The notes under the pieces are model-generated. The model made no database searches and had not been told where the DNA came from. It was given only the letters and a program-made list of their open reading frames with translations. 64,000 nucleotides of DNA from contig CM000434.1 of NCBI GenBank assembly GCA_000165345.1, forward strand, positions 352,001 to 416,000, read 5' to 3'. Position numbers and translations under genes: made by a program. Below, piece by piece: positions 33,413 through 43,148 of this stretch. Position 1 is the stretch's first letter. Each line of letters opens with the position of its first letter.

Positions 33413-36400
33413 ATGTCAGGTGTGTTTAATAAGTTTGTTATTTGCTCCTTTTTGGTAATATTTTTATGCTTGGGGCCAGAGCATGTAGAATTTCATTTGG
33501 TCAACGGAAATAAAGTGGATTTAAATCAAATAGAAGGAAATGGCAGGTTCGAAGTTGAAAATAGAAAACTAATTAAATCAAATAGCCAAATTAATGATGA
33601 TATTAATGCCACTACCAAATATTCTGATTATAATGGCTATAATTTACCTGAAAACTCATCAGTATTTTCTGATCGGGAATTAAAATTCAATGGCTTAAAT
33701 ATCACAAGCTATGAAAACAGACAGTTGTATATTGATTCAAATGGTAGTATATCATCAACAAATAACAACTCGGAAACCAACTCTCTAAATGGTGAAATCC
33801 CAAATAATTCAAGTGAATTTCCAATAAAATCTATTGGAAAAGAACACGTTATTTCAGAGCACATTGACAATCACGTAAATTCACAATATGGTAATAACCA
33901 TGAAAACTTTACAAACATTACAGGAAAAGAAGTTAATTACAACAATTTTAATATAAGCAACAATGAACAAATAAGATTAGACACTTTGCAAGCAATTAAT
34001 AATAGTTTTAATGTTTTGACTGTTGATTTTTCAATGATATATGATGATTTAACCTTTGAACCTAATCTCAAATCAAATGTTGAATATACAATATTTAATA
34101 CATCAAATATAGAAGTGAAGAAAAAAATAGCGAAAGAGATAAAAACTAATAACGATGGCAATTTTGTTGTAAACCTAGAAGATTATTCTTCATATGGATT
34201 TGTAACATGGATTAAACCTGTAGAATCTAACTCTACAAAAGTCGTATTACAATCTAACTCAGGAATAATGCCAAACATGAAAATTAAATTGTTAGAAAAA
34301 CTTTTCCCAAGAAGAAACTTTACTAACGATGAACTGGATGTAATAATTTTGAGCGAATCCCGAAATGAAATAAGGCCATACGGCTATAGGGGAAGCCCTA
34401 TGATACTGACTCAATTTATCGAAAATATTGACTTAAACAACGAGAATGAAGATATATTTTCATTTATAGAAACAATTGAAACATTAAATCAAACAAGCTA
34501 CCTAAAAAACTCTAATAATAGCCTTCAAATAATAGATGATACTGGGAATAATGCTGCTTTTGAATTTTGGAATAACAGTTTTTTATTGCATGATAACCCA
34601 GATATACTTTCAATAAATTGTAATTACTATAATGAATGGTCATCTTGGAGCGCATGTACAAATGAATGTGGATGGGGGATTCAAACAAGAGGAAGAAGAA
34701 TCAATGCAAATTTAATAGATAAGTCTTTTCAATTATCTGACTTTGAAATTAGTGAAATGCTCAGAAAATGTAAGGTGCAAGTTCAAACTCAGGGGTGTAC
34801 ATCCAAAATAGGTTGTTGTGAATACCAATCTCCTAAGGAAAATCTTTGGAAAAACTGTACAGCAACTTGTGATAAACATGGAACAGAGGAACAGACCGTT
34901 GAAATAATATCAAATAAAAAAGGAAAAGTAAAGGATTCTAAATGTGAAAACAAAAAAATATTAAAAAGAAAATGTCTACGTTTATTAGGTGATAAATGCA
35001 AAACTTGCGAAACTACAGAATGGTCTAGATGGTCTAGTTGCAATAACGAAAACGGAGATTTTATTCAAAAGAGAACAAGAGAACTAACCAATGGAAATTG
35101 TGTTTATTCTCAAACTAAGCTAGAGGAAAGGAGAATCTGCGAGAAAATACCTTTGTTTTCAACATCGCCAATGACAAACAATGAAAATAACAGCACCAAA
35201 CAGAAATTTTTAATATCTTCTGAAAATTTAAACGATAAAGAAGCCATTCATGAGGTTAAAGAATGTGAACTTCAGAAATCAGAAATGAAGTACAATTTAA
35301 TTGAAGGAGCATGTGAATGCCCCAATGGCGTTAGTTATTGCGATAATACAGTAATTGAAAATGACAAAACATCTTGGGAATCGCACCTAAAAGAAATTTG
35401 TAATAAAAAAACAGATGCATTTTCTGATAAAAATCTGATGATAATGGCAAAAGGAAAGAGATTATACAACTGCAAAACTAAAAATTGGGAAAAATACACA
35501 ACAACTCCACTTGATTCAGATTGTAAAAATACTTATATACTATGTAAAGTAGAGAGTAATTGCATGGTTTCTAGTTGGTCAGATTGGTCAGGATGTAGTT
35601 CACCATGCAAGTCATCAACAAATGATCTAGATTCCACGACAATATTGAGTACAAGATTCAAAACAAGGAAAGTTATTTCTGGCGAATGCAAGGAACACTC
35701 ACTATTTATGGAAGAAGAATGTTTGGATATAAAGGAGTGTCCTCAAACTAAATATAAATTATCAGTAGATAAGACATCTAAAGAGCTTACCAATTTATTA
35801 TATAGCGAGGATATAAAGAGCCATATAAAAAAAACATTTACTAAATTACAAATGTACAGTGTTCAAGACGATTCAGTTTCAAATATAATGAAAAATTTAT
35901 TTAATAATGTGAGAGATATTATAATTAGAAATAGCGAGTATATTTACGAGCTTAATTTCAATCTTAATGTGTTTGGAGGTGATGGAAATTACCATATTCA
36001 AAGTTATATTAGTTTTATCTTGTCTAAATATAATTTTGATGATAGTGAATTAGTGAAAGATATTATCATTTGGGTAACAATTCCTACAGATGAGAATAAG
36101 GAAGTTTTATATGAAAAGCTATCAAAAAATGACAGACAGATAATTGGGTCAAATAAAGATGAAACCAATAAGTTTCTGGAAAATTTATTTCCTTCAAAAC
36201 TATCATCTATTAAAAACGAAACTGAACAAAACTCTTCTATCCAAACAGGGGATTTATTAACAAAAAACTTTAGCAGTTCAAATAATTCCAACTTGAATAT
36301 AGAGAATTCACAAGCGGTGGGAAACTTTAACTCAGAGAAAGAAAACGAAATATTTTCTAAAATAATTAATCCTGAATTACTATTTAAACTAATTCAAACT

Positions 36401-36793
36401 GCCATATTGAAAAATACAAACTGTAAACCAATAGAAATAAATAAACAAAACTTAAATGAAAGCAATAGTAAAACTAAATGTGTATGCCCTCCTGGATACA
36501 CATTGTGCAGTTCAATTGATTATTATTTTGGAAATCATATTAGTACCTTTGATAAGAGTAGAAAGATAGAAATAAGAACTCCTGAAGGTATTTTTTCAGA
36601 TAATTTTGTTCTTAACCAAGGTGGGATATTCGATCAAGTTTATGAAGAAGATAAAGAAAAATATTGCAATAAACCAGGAGCAAAAGCCATGTGTAGTTCC
36701 AATTCTGAACTGCTAGATACATTAAAACATTTTGGAATAAAGGACTTGTATTCAATGTTTGTTCGCTTTCAAAGTGCTGAAGAATCTAGCTAA
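33413..36793 (+). CDS. Secreted thrombospondin type-1 repeat (TSP1) protein (1126 aa) with Cys-rich/EGF-like modules. A TRAP/CpTSP-family candidate adhesin. No C-terminal TM segment is evident.
   Basis: The signal peptide is 'MSGVFNKFVICSFLVIFLCLGPEH'. TSP1 signatures are 'WSSWSACTNECGWGIQTRGRR', 'WSRWSSCNNENGDFIQKRTR' and 'SSWSDWSGCSSPCK'. An EGF-like module is 'CVCPPGYTLCSS'. Asn-rich low-complexity stretches are present. Confidence 0.85.
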   Translation: MSGVFNKFVICSFLVIFLCLGPEHVEFHLVNGNKVDLNQIEGNGRFEVENRKLIKSNSQINDDINATTKYSDYNGYNLPENSSVFSDRELKFNGLNITSYENRQLYIDSNGSISSTNNNSETNSLNGEIPNNSSEFPIKSIGKEHVISEHIDNHVNSQYGNNHENFTNITGKEVNYNNFNISNNEQIRLDTLQAINNSFNVLTVDFSMIYDDLTFEPNLKSNVEYTIFNTSNIEVKKKIAKEIKTNNDGNFVVNLEDYSSYGFVTWIKPVESNSTKVVLQSNSGIMPNMKIKLLEKLFPRRNFTNDELDVIILSESRNEIRPYGYRGSPMILTQFIENIDLNNENEDIFSFIETIETLNQTSYLKNSNNSLQIIDDTGNNAAFEFWNNSFLLHDNPDILSINCNYYNEWSSWSACTNECGWGIQTRGRRINANLIDKSFQLSDFEISEMLRKCKVQVQTQGCTSKIGCCEYQSPKENLWKNCTATCDKHGTEEQTVEIISNKKGKVKDSKCENKKILKRKCLRLLGDKCKTCETTEWSRWSSCNNENGDFIQKRTRELTNGNCVYSQTKLEERRICEKIPLFSTSPMTNNENNSTKQKFLISSENLNDKEAIHEVKECELQKSEMKYNLIEGACECPNGVSYCDNTVIENDKTSWESHLKEICNKKTDAFSDKNLMIMAKGKRLYNCKTKNWEKYTTTPLDSDCKNTYILCKVESNCMVSSWSDWSGCSSPCKSSTNDLDSTTILSTRFKTRKVISGECKEHSLFMEEECLDIKECPQTKYKLSVDKTSKELTNLLYSEDIKSHIKKTFTKLQMYSVQDDSVSNIMKNLFNNVRDIIIRNSEYIYELNFNLNVFGGDGNYHIQSYISFILSKYNFDDSELVKDIIIWVTIPTDENKEVLYEKLSKNDRQIIGSNKDETNKFLENLFPSKLSSIKNETEQNSSIQTGDLLTKNFSSSNNSNLNIENSQAVGNFNSEKENEIFSKIINPELLFKLIQTAILKNTNCKPIEINKQNLNESNSKTKCVCPPGYTLCSSIDYYFGNHISTFDKSRKIEIRTPEGIFSDNFVLNQGGIFDQVYEEDKEKYCNKPGAKAMCSSNSELLDTLKHFGIKDLYSMFVRFQSAEESS

Positions 36794-36807
36794 AATTTAA
36801 ATTTTCA

Positions 36808-38106
36808 CTATTTCTTCTCATCATAGCTAACTGTGGTAATTTTTATTACATTCATTTGGTTAGATAAAATATGATTTTCAGATATCTTAATCCCTCCCAC
36901 AGTTTCTATATTTACCAGGTTTTTCTCTAAATCAATATGTAAGGATTTTAAAAGTGTTTTAACCATAGTTCCGTTAGGAACAAGAATACAATCTTGAAAC
37001 GCAGAATTATTTGTTTCATCATGCAAATTGTTCGTAAAAGTTTTTATGTTCTTTACGGGATATATTGGTATCAGGCCTAATAAATCAACAGCCTTGTTAA
37101 CTGCATCTTGTACTCCTGTGACTCCATGTCTGAATAGTACCATATCTTTAATATTTTCTAACCTTGATTTTAACTTGTCATCTATTAACTTAAGACCGTG
37201 AGATTCTTCATTATGAATATCTTCGCTTGTGATAAATGAAGAATAATTGTAATTATTACTATCGTATACTAGTTTAATATAGTTTTGTCTTACCATCTTT
37301 TTAATGAAATACTCAGCTAAAGACGATGCTACTACAATTTCATGATCACTTCCATACTTTTCGTAAAACTTTACAATGTTTGAATCAGAACTCTCACTCA
37401 TTATGTCAGCCTTATTTAGCACAAGCACAAACGGAAATCTAATTTTAATGAATTGTCTTACTAAATCCAATATATTAGTTTTATCCCAGTTTGAAAAATC
37501 AACAGAATCTTTAAGCTTCATTGAAGATATAAGCTTGCTGATCATTAATTCGTTACACCCATATCCAGAAAACTGATTTAATAAGAGCTTGGAAATTGAT
37601 ATATCTGATGTTTTGCTTTTCCTAACAACACTGGACCAATTTGAATTAATATTATTAAAAATCCACATTTCAATTTCTATTCTAAGCCACTCGTGATCAT
37701 TTATTGGATTATAATTAGTTGTATACTCACCTTTTTCATTTGTATTTCCACTAATATCAATTATATGTAACAAAACATGTGCATGCCTAAGATCATCGAG
37801 AAACTTATTCCCAAGTCCATTCCCAAGATGAGCACCAGGTATCAATCCAGCAATGTCAAGCATCTTGATTGGTACATATCGGTATCCATTATTGCAATTT
37901 CCATACTTAGGTTTGCATATTACATTATATTTCTTGCATGGACATTCTGCAATGTAATGAGTTATTCCAACATTTGGCTCAATGGTAGTGAATGGGTAGT
38001 TACCTATTTTTGCTGGATTGTCAGTAATAGATGAGAAAAATGTAGACTTCCCGGAAGAAGGTTTACCAACACAACCAATTATATATTCCTTTTGTATAGA
38101 AGTCAT
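36808..38106 (-). CDS. OBG-HflX-superfamily GTPase of the YGR210C/archaeal-eukaryotic subfamily, with a C-terminal TGS-like domain
   Basis: '[40 protein letters not shown]...CKPKYGNC...[46 protein letters not shown]' is nearly collinear with yeast YGR210C '[21 protein letters not shown]...[11 protein letters not shown]...[46 protein letters not shown]'. The TGS-like end is '[18 protein letters not shown]'. Confidence 0.8.
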   Translation of the reverse strand: [432 protein letters not shown]

Positions 38107-38259
38107 TATAGTTTTCGCTAAAAATTTGACTTGAGCGATTTAATTTGTTGAAAATATACCGCTTTATTCATACTATTTTAATTTAAAAATGGAAAATAAC
38201 TAATATATTCAAAGCTAGTTTAAACAAATTTCTCCTAGTTTACTAATGCATTCAGAATA

Positions 38260-39738
38260 ATGAAACTAAAAAATCAGAATGAATTGATTTATTCTAATTC
38301 ATCAAAATTTGATAAGGATTCTCGAGAATTTATTATATCTGATTTAGATAAAAAATTTTTTTTGAATGAAATTGATCAAATTCATTTTAATAATAATACT
38401 ATTGAATTTGGAACTATAGAACGAAGTTTGGCCAGAGATCATGCCACAAATTACCAAGAAAATTCTTTTAAAAAACAATGTTCCAACAAACATATCGCTA
38501 GTTATTCTGAGATACCTTCTGATATAAATCAATGTGAACTAACAGAAATAGTACCCGCAGGGACTGCTTATTTAAATTCCACTTCATTTACTTCAAAGCC
38601 TTTAAGGGAAGTCTACGTTGGGAATTTACCTCAGGGAATAACAGTCACAGAATTATTAGAATATATTAATCGTTCAATAATTAAAAATAGTGTATCTCAT
38701 ACTAATGGAAATCCAGTAGTATCAGCATGGATAAATTCCGATGGTAAATACGCGTTTTGTGAATGCAGATCAATAGAAGAAGCAAATACTTTGTTAAGAC
38801 TTAATAATTTACTTAGCTTCAAAGGAAATTTGCTGAGAATTGGAAAACCTAAGGTTAGCGAAAATATTATTGGAGATCAACCGTCAAATAACTCTACATT
38901 GATCAATCAAATCACACAAAGTACATCCATTATATCGCCATATTTTAATAACATTCCTTTGGTATTAAAAAAAAAGGAAACAATTCTAATTACTGGAATA
39001 AATAAGAAATTCGTTTTAGAGGATATTAAAGAAATGCTCAGTATTAAAAATATTGAAATACTGGAACTAATTGATTACCGTAATAAATATAAGATAGCAA
39101 TATGCGAAGGGGATCTTAACACAGATATTACCGATAAAGTTGTGAATAAACTTGGGACAGAAATTAAAATACTAAGAATGAAAAATTGTAATTCAAAAGT
39201 CATCCATGCTGTTAACAATCATCTTAAAAATTTGTCTTGCATAGTTAGGGAAAGTAATAAATTATTACTCAAGACAGAAAAGTTCGAAAATATTCAAAGT
39301 AAAAATGTGATATCTTTGCTCCTTCCTCAAAAACCATGCCGTTGTATTTTACTTTCAAATATTCTCACGGTTGAGGAGTTATTGATTCCTAGTACTTACT
39401 CTTCTATTCATGAAGAAATTCACGAAAAATGTTTAAAATATGGAGAAATATACAAAACCACTATTCCAATTCCGGAAAGAGCTCTTTCTAACAAAGATCA
39501 ATTTAATGATCCTTATTTTGGAAGAGCATTTATTTTTTTTTATAATGTGGAGAGCGCAATAAAAGCCAAGCTAGATTTATTTAAAATGAGGTTTCTCGGA
39601 AGAAATATGAAAATAAGTTATTATTGCGAGCATGAATTTCTTCATGGCAATTTATTTTCATGCGAGCCTAACAGATTCGATCCAATCGATGATCAAGAAC
39701 TTTTAAAAATTATAAATCCTATCCAAGTAGATTGCTAA
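38260..39738 (+). CDS. U2AF large subunit (U2AF65/U2AF2) homologue: RRM1, RRM2 and a C-terminal UHM. There is no N-terminal RS domain.
   Basis: RRM1 'REVYVGNLPQGITVTELLEYINRSI...GNPVVSAWINSDGKYAFCECRSIEEANTLLRLNNLLSFKGNLLRIGKP' aligns to U2AF65 '[25 protein letters not shown]...[47 protein letters not shown]'. The UHM 'ILLSNILTVEELL...EEIHEKCLKYGEIYKTTIPIP...GRAFIFFYNVESAIKAKLDLFKMRFLGRNMKISYY' matches the U2AF65 RRM3. Confidence 0.75.
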   Translation: MKLKNQNELIYSNSSKFDKDSREFIISDLDKKFFLNEIDQIHFNNNTIEFGTIERSLARDHATNYQENSFKKQCSNKHIASYSEIPSDINQCELTEIVPAGTAYLNSTSFTSKPLREVYVGNLPQGITVTELLEYINRSIIKNSVSHTNGNPVVSAWINSDGKYAFCECRSIEEANTLLRLNNLLSFKGNLLRIGKPKVSENIIGDQPSNNSTLINQITQSTSIISPYFNNIPLVLKKKETILITGINKKFVLEDIKEMLSIKNIEILELIDYRNKYKIAICEGDLNTDITDKVVNKLGTEIKILRMKNCNSKVIHAVNNHLKNLSCIVRESNKLLLKTEKFENIQSKNVISLLLPQKPCRCILLSNILTVEELLIPSTYSSIHEEIHEKCLKYGEIYKTTIPIPERALSNKDQFNDPYFGRAFIFFYNVESAIKAKLDLFKMRFLGRNMKISYYCEHEFLHGNLFSCEPNRFDPIDDQELLKIINPIQVDC

Positions 39739-39746
39739 TTTATATT

Positions 39747-42131
39747 TTAATTCAATGGTTTATCATTTGCCATAATTTCGTTTTCGCTCCTACCTTTAAT
39801 AGATGAATGATGATTTATGACATCATTCAAAGTATCTTCTTGTTTTTCTAAACGTTCAACTTTGTTTCTGAGCTCACTTAATCTTGTATTAAGCGAATTT
39901 TGTAGTTCGGGATTCATCTGATTCATTGTTTGAATTAAAGTTCCCCATTGTTCCAGTGATAATAATTTCTCAACGGTTTCATTCTTTTCTCTTGATAGAT
40001 CATCTAAACAAGCTTTTGCATCGCTTAACTGTTGTTCAATCAACATATTTTTTTTGTCTATCTCCTGTATAATGTTTTCTTTAATCATTAACTCGTGCTC
40101 TTTATTCACTAAAGTTTCTGTAAGTCTAAGCTGTTTCTCATTTTCTAATTTTACTGCTTTATCTAGCTTTTCTGTAAAGTTATTTCTGATTAAATCAATT
40201 TCGTGTTCATATTCAATTCTCTTCCTTTCAAAACCATCATGTTGATCTAACATTTGATTAATTAATCGTTTTTCTCTTTCTTGCTGTATTTTACAAATTT
40301 CTTGAATTTTTTGATTATTTTCTTCCTCTTTTTTCCTAAGTTTCCCATCCATATAATCATTTAACTGTATAATTTCATTATCCCTGGCATCTAATAGTCT
40401 TCTGATATGACTTTCAAATGAACCAAATTTACGCTTCAACTCTTCATTTATTCTGATTTGTTCTTTCTCATCAATGATCTTTTCTTCCAGTTTCTCTTTT
40501 AGTGTTTCTATTTCTTCTGCTTGTTTTTTACATTGATGAAGAATTTCAATATACTTGTCATTTTCCTTCTTAATAATATGTTCATATTCTAATTTTTGTT
40601 CTTCTAAAGCCTTATCAATATCAGTCATTCTATATGAGCTGTCTTCTAATGCGGAAAGTAAGATAGACTCTCTGTGCTCTAATGATTTCATATTTTGTCT
40701 AACAGTATCAACTTCATCTTTTAAATTTTTCATTATTTTTTCTTGGTTTGTTTTCTCTTCTGTAGAAATTTCCAATTGGGCTTTTAATAACATTAAATGA
40801 TCTTGCAATACATTATTTAGCTCATATCCTCTTTTAAGCTCTTCCAGTGATATTTTATTTTCATCGTTACACGACTTGATGTTTTCTAATAATTTTTCAA
40901 TTTCTTTATTTGCATTTTCCTTTGTCTCTAATAAATGAAGCTTTTCGTCCGTAACCTGGTTTACTACCAGGTTTAACTTATGTATTTTTTCTTCTAATTG
41001 ACCTATCTTATCGTTTAGTTCAGCTTTTTCTGCTAATAATTTGTTCTTTTCTGTTTGCAATTGAATTAGAGCAATTTCCGAATTATTAAGATTAGATATA
41101 TTTCTTTCATTCTGGATTTTCATAGCTTCTATCTCCATTATGTAGTTATGTATTGTTCCGTCAACTTTCCCATCTTGAATATTACTCAGTAGTTTTTTCA
41201 TACTATCTTTATATTTCTCCTTACTTCTTTTTGCATTTATAAGATCTTTTTGTAATAAATCAACTTTTTGAGATAATTTTATTATTTCGAAATTACTTTT
41301 CTGCATCTGTTCTCTTAAAATAGCAGCAAAATTATCTTTTCCCATGACCATTTTTTTTAATTTAGATATTGATATGGTTAATTTACGAATCAGTTCATTA
41401 ATAATAGAGGCATTTTCGTAGTAATTATTAACATAATCATTTTTTCCGTTGATTTTTTGATCTGCCACAGTATTATATTCATTAATTGATGGGTTAATTG
41501 AAGATCCCGACGATCTACTATAACTAATTGATTCGTCACTATCTTGAAAACTCTCTTTTGAAACATTCGGTCTAATTATGCCATTACTATCATTTAAAAA
41601 GTGTTTAGCAAAACCTTTGTTATTATTTCCAGTATCAAACATTGGAGAGGTTAAGTTAATTGCGGTACTGTTATTTGTATTATATGAATCTGACATTTGA
41701 ATTGAAAGTTGCTCTAAGTCATTACTTACTGATCGAAATATCGATTCAAATTCACTTGAACTATCATGACCAATCTTGTTTAATCTTGTTTTAAAGTTAT
41801 TATCTTCTATTTCAATGGACTTACTCTCTTCAGATGAATATGAACTACTATCAGATAAGTTTTCAGAATGATCTATTTTCCCCAATACTTCATTTCGAAA
41901 ATTTATTTTGTTTTTGCGTGCATTAACTTCGCGTTTAACATTGAGTTTGTCATTTGGAAACTTTGCAGAAACAAGAAGCTTTTTACCTTCATTGGTATTC
42001 ATAATTAATGATTCACTGAATCTTGGAGGTATTCCAAACGCTTTTGATATATTACTATTATTTCCATGTAACTTAATTTCTTGTGATTTTTGAGTTTTTT
42101 TATTTAGTCTTCTCTCAAGTGGTGTCACCAT
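39747..42131 (-). CDS. Hypothetical long coiled-coil protein (794 aa). The Ser/Asn-rich N-terminal third is followed by about 500 aa of heptad-rich Glu/Lys/Leu sequence.
   Basis: ATG-initiated uninterrupted ORF. The C-terminal two-thirds is dominated by E/K/L/Q/I-rich predicted coiled coil ('LEEKIHKLNLVVNQVTDEKLHLLETKENANKEIEKLLENIKS...'). There is no catalytic motif. Confidence 0.5.
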   Translation of the reverse strand: MVTPLERRLNKKTQKSQEIKLHGNNSNISKAFGIPPRFSESLIMNTNEGKKLLVSAKFPNDKLNVKREVNARKNKINFRNEVLGKIDHSENLSDSSSYSSEESKSIEIEDNNFKTRLNKIGHDSSSEFESIFRSVSNDLEQLSIQMSDSYNTNNSTAINLTSPMFDTGNNNKGFAKHFLNDSNGIIRPNVSKESFQDSDESISYSRSSGSSINPSINEYNTVADQKINGKNDYVNNYYENASIINELIRKLTISISKLKKMVMGKDNFAAILREQMQKSNFEIIKLSQKVDLLQKDLINAKRSKEKYKDSMKKLLSNIQDGKVDGTIHNYIMEIEAMKIQNERNISNLNNSEIALIQLQTEKNKLLAEKAELNDKIGQLEEKIHKLNLVVNQVTDEKLHLLETKENANKEIEKLLENIKSCNDENKISLEELKRGYELNNVLQDHLMLLKAQLEISTEEKTNQEKIMKNLKDEVDTVRQNMKSLEHRESILLSALEDSSYRMTDIDKALEEQKLEYEHIIKKENDKYIEILHQCKKQAEEIETLKEKLEEKIIDEKEQIRINEELKRKFGSFESHIRRLLDARDNEIIQLNDYMDGKLRKKEEENNQKIQEICKIQQEREKRLINQMLDQHDGFERKRIEYEHEIDLIRNNFTEKLDKAVKLENEKQLRLTETLVNKEHELMIKENIIQEIDKKNMLIEQQLSDAKACLDDLSREKNETVEKLLSLEQWGTLIQTMNQMNPELQNSLNTRLSELRNKVERLEKQEDTLNDVINHHSSIKGRSENEIMANDKPLN

Positions 42132-42482
42132 TACATAAAGTGATTACAATATACATTAATTTCTTTAATATTATAGTGATTTAACTTATACAATCAATTT
42201 AATAGTTTTAGCTAGTGATTTGCTTAGTTTAAAATAAACGTGTGTTTCTACCAACTTTGCACACAATATACAATTTAAAAGTGATTATAAATAATCTTCC
42301 TTGATATAAAAAATTAAATTTAATTCATACGATTATATTTAAATTAATTAAGATTAGGATCTCAAAATTTCATTAGAAAATTTCGCCTCATGACTTTTAT
42401 TCTGTAAACTGCAGTTATGTGGTAACTAGATACCGCCATAATATTAGTTATTAATAAATTAATATTTTAAACACGGACAGAA

Positions 42483-43124
42483 ATGTCATATTTATTTCAT
42501 GCAATTGGCCATGAATATTCTTATTTCGACAAAAAGAATTATTCTAAAGATGATTGGATAGCTAAAATTAGCAAATCTACAACTGTTTATGTTGGAAATC
42601 TTTCATTCTTTACGACGGAAGAGATAATTAGTGAAGTATTTGGTTTATGTGGGCCAATAAAAGCTATTTATTTGGGTTTGAACCATCAAACAATGCAGCC
42701 TTGCGGCTTCTGTTTTGTCCAGTACTATAGTCATGCTGACGCTTTAACTGCCGTAACATTCCTAAATCGTTCATATTGTGATGGCAGAGAAATACGTGTA
42801 GATTGGGATTCTGGAGAAGATATTTCAGGAAGTAGAAGGTATGGGCGCGGAAATTCAGGATTTCAATGGCGTGATGAGCTAAGAAATCAGATAGATCCCG
42901 ACCGTCAACTCGATGTAGTTGATACAAATAATCACTCTAAGAGTTATAAATTTTCTCATGGAAGTAATTCGAGCTTTCACAGAAGACATCCGGGAGGAAG
43001 AGGAAGGAATAGTCGTGGCACATTTAATATTTCACACTATAATAGACAAATTAAACATAAACATCAAGTATTTGATCAATTAAAGAATACCAACGGATCT
43101 CATGATAACTATCCTGATTATTAA
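42483..43124 (+). CDS. NCBP2: Nuclear cap-binding protein subunit 2 (CBP20/NCBP2)
   Basis: The RRM 'STTVYVGNLSFFTTEEIISEVFGLCGPIKAIYLGLNHQTMQPCGFCFVQYYSHADALTAVTFLNRSYCDGREIRVDWDSG' matches the CBP20 signature ('LYVGNLSFYTTEEQI...GFCFVEY...A..A......LD.R.IR.D.D.GF'). A Gly/Arg-rich tail follows. Confidence 0.85.
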   Translation: MSYLFHAIGHEYSYFDKKNYSKDDWIAKISKSTTVYVGNLSFFTTEEIISEVFGLCGPIKAIYLGLNHQTMQPCGFCFVQYYSHADALTAVTFLNRSYCDGREIRVDWDSGEDISGSRRYGRGNSGFQWRDELRNQIDPDRQLDVVDTNNHSKSYKFSHGSNSSFHRRHPGGRGRNSRGTFNISHYNRQIKHKHQVFDQLKNTNGSHDNYPDY

Positions 43125-43148
43125 TATATTTTTTACTAGATTGTTATT

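Noticed and set aside
39747-42131. Calling the 794-aa coiled-coil protein a specific myosin/kinesin/SMC-type protein
   Set aside because: No P-loop, motor or hinge motifs are present. Only generic heptad-rich sequence is seen, and coiled-coil compositional similarity is not evidence of homology.
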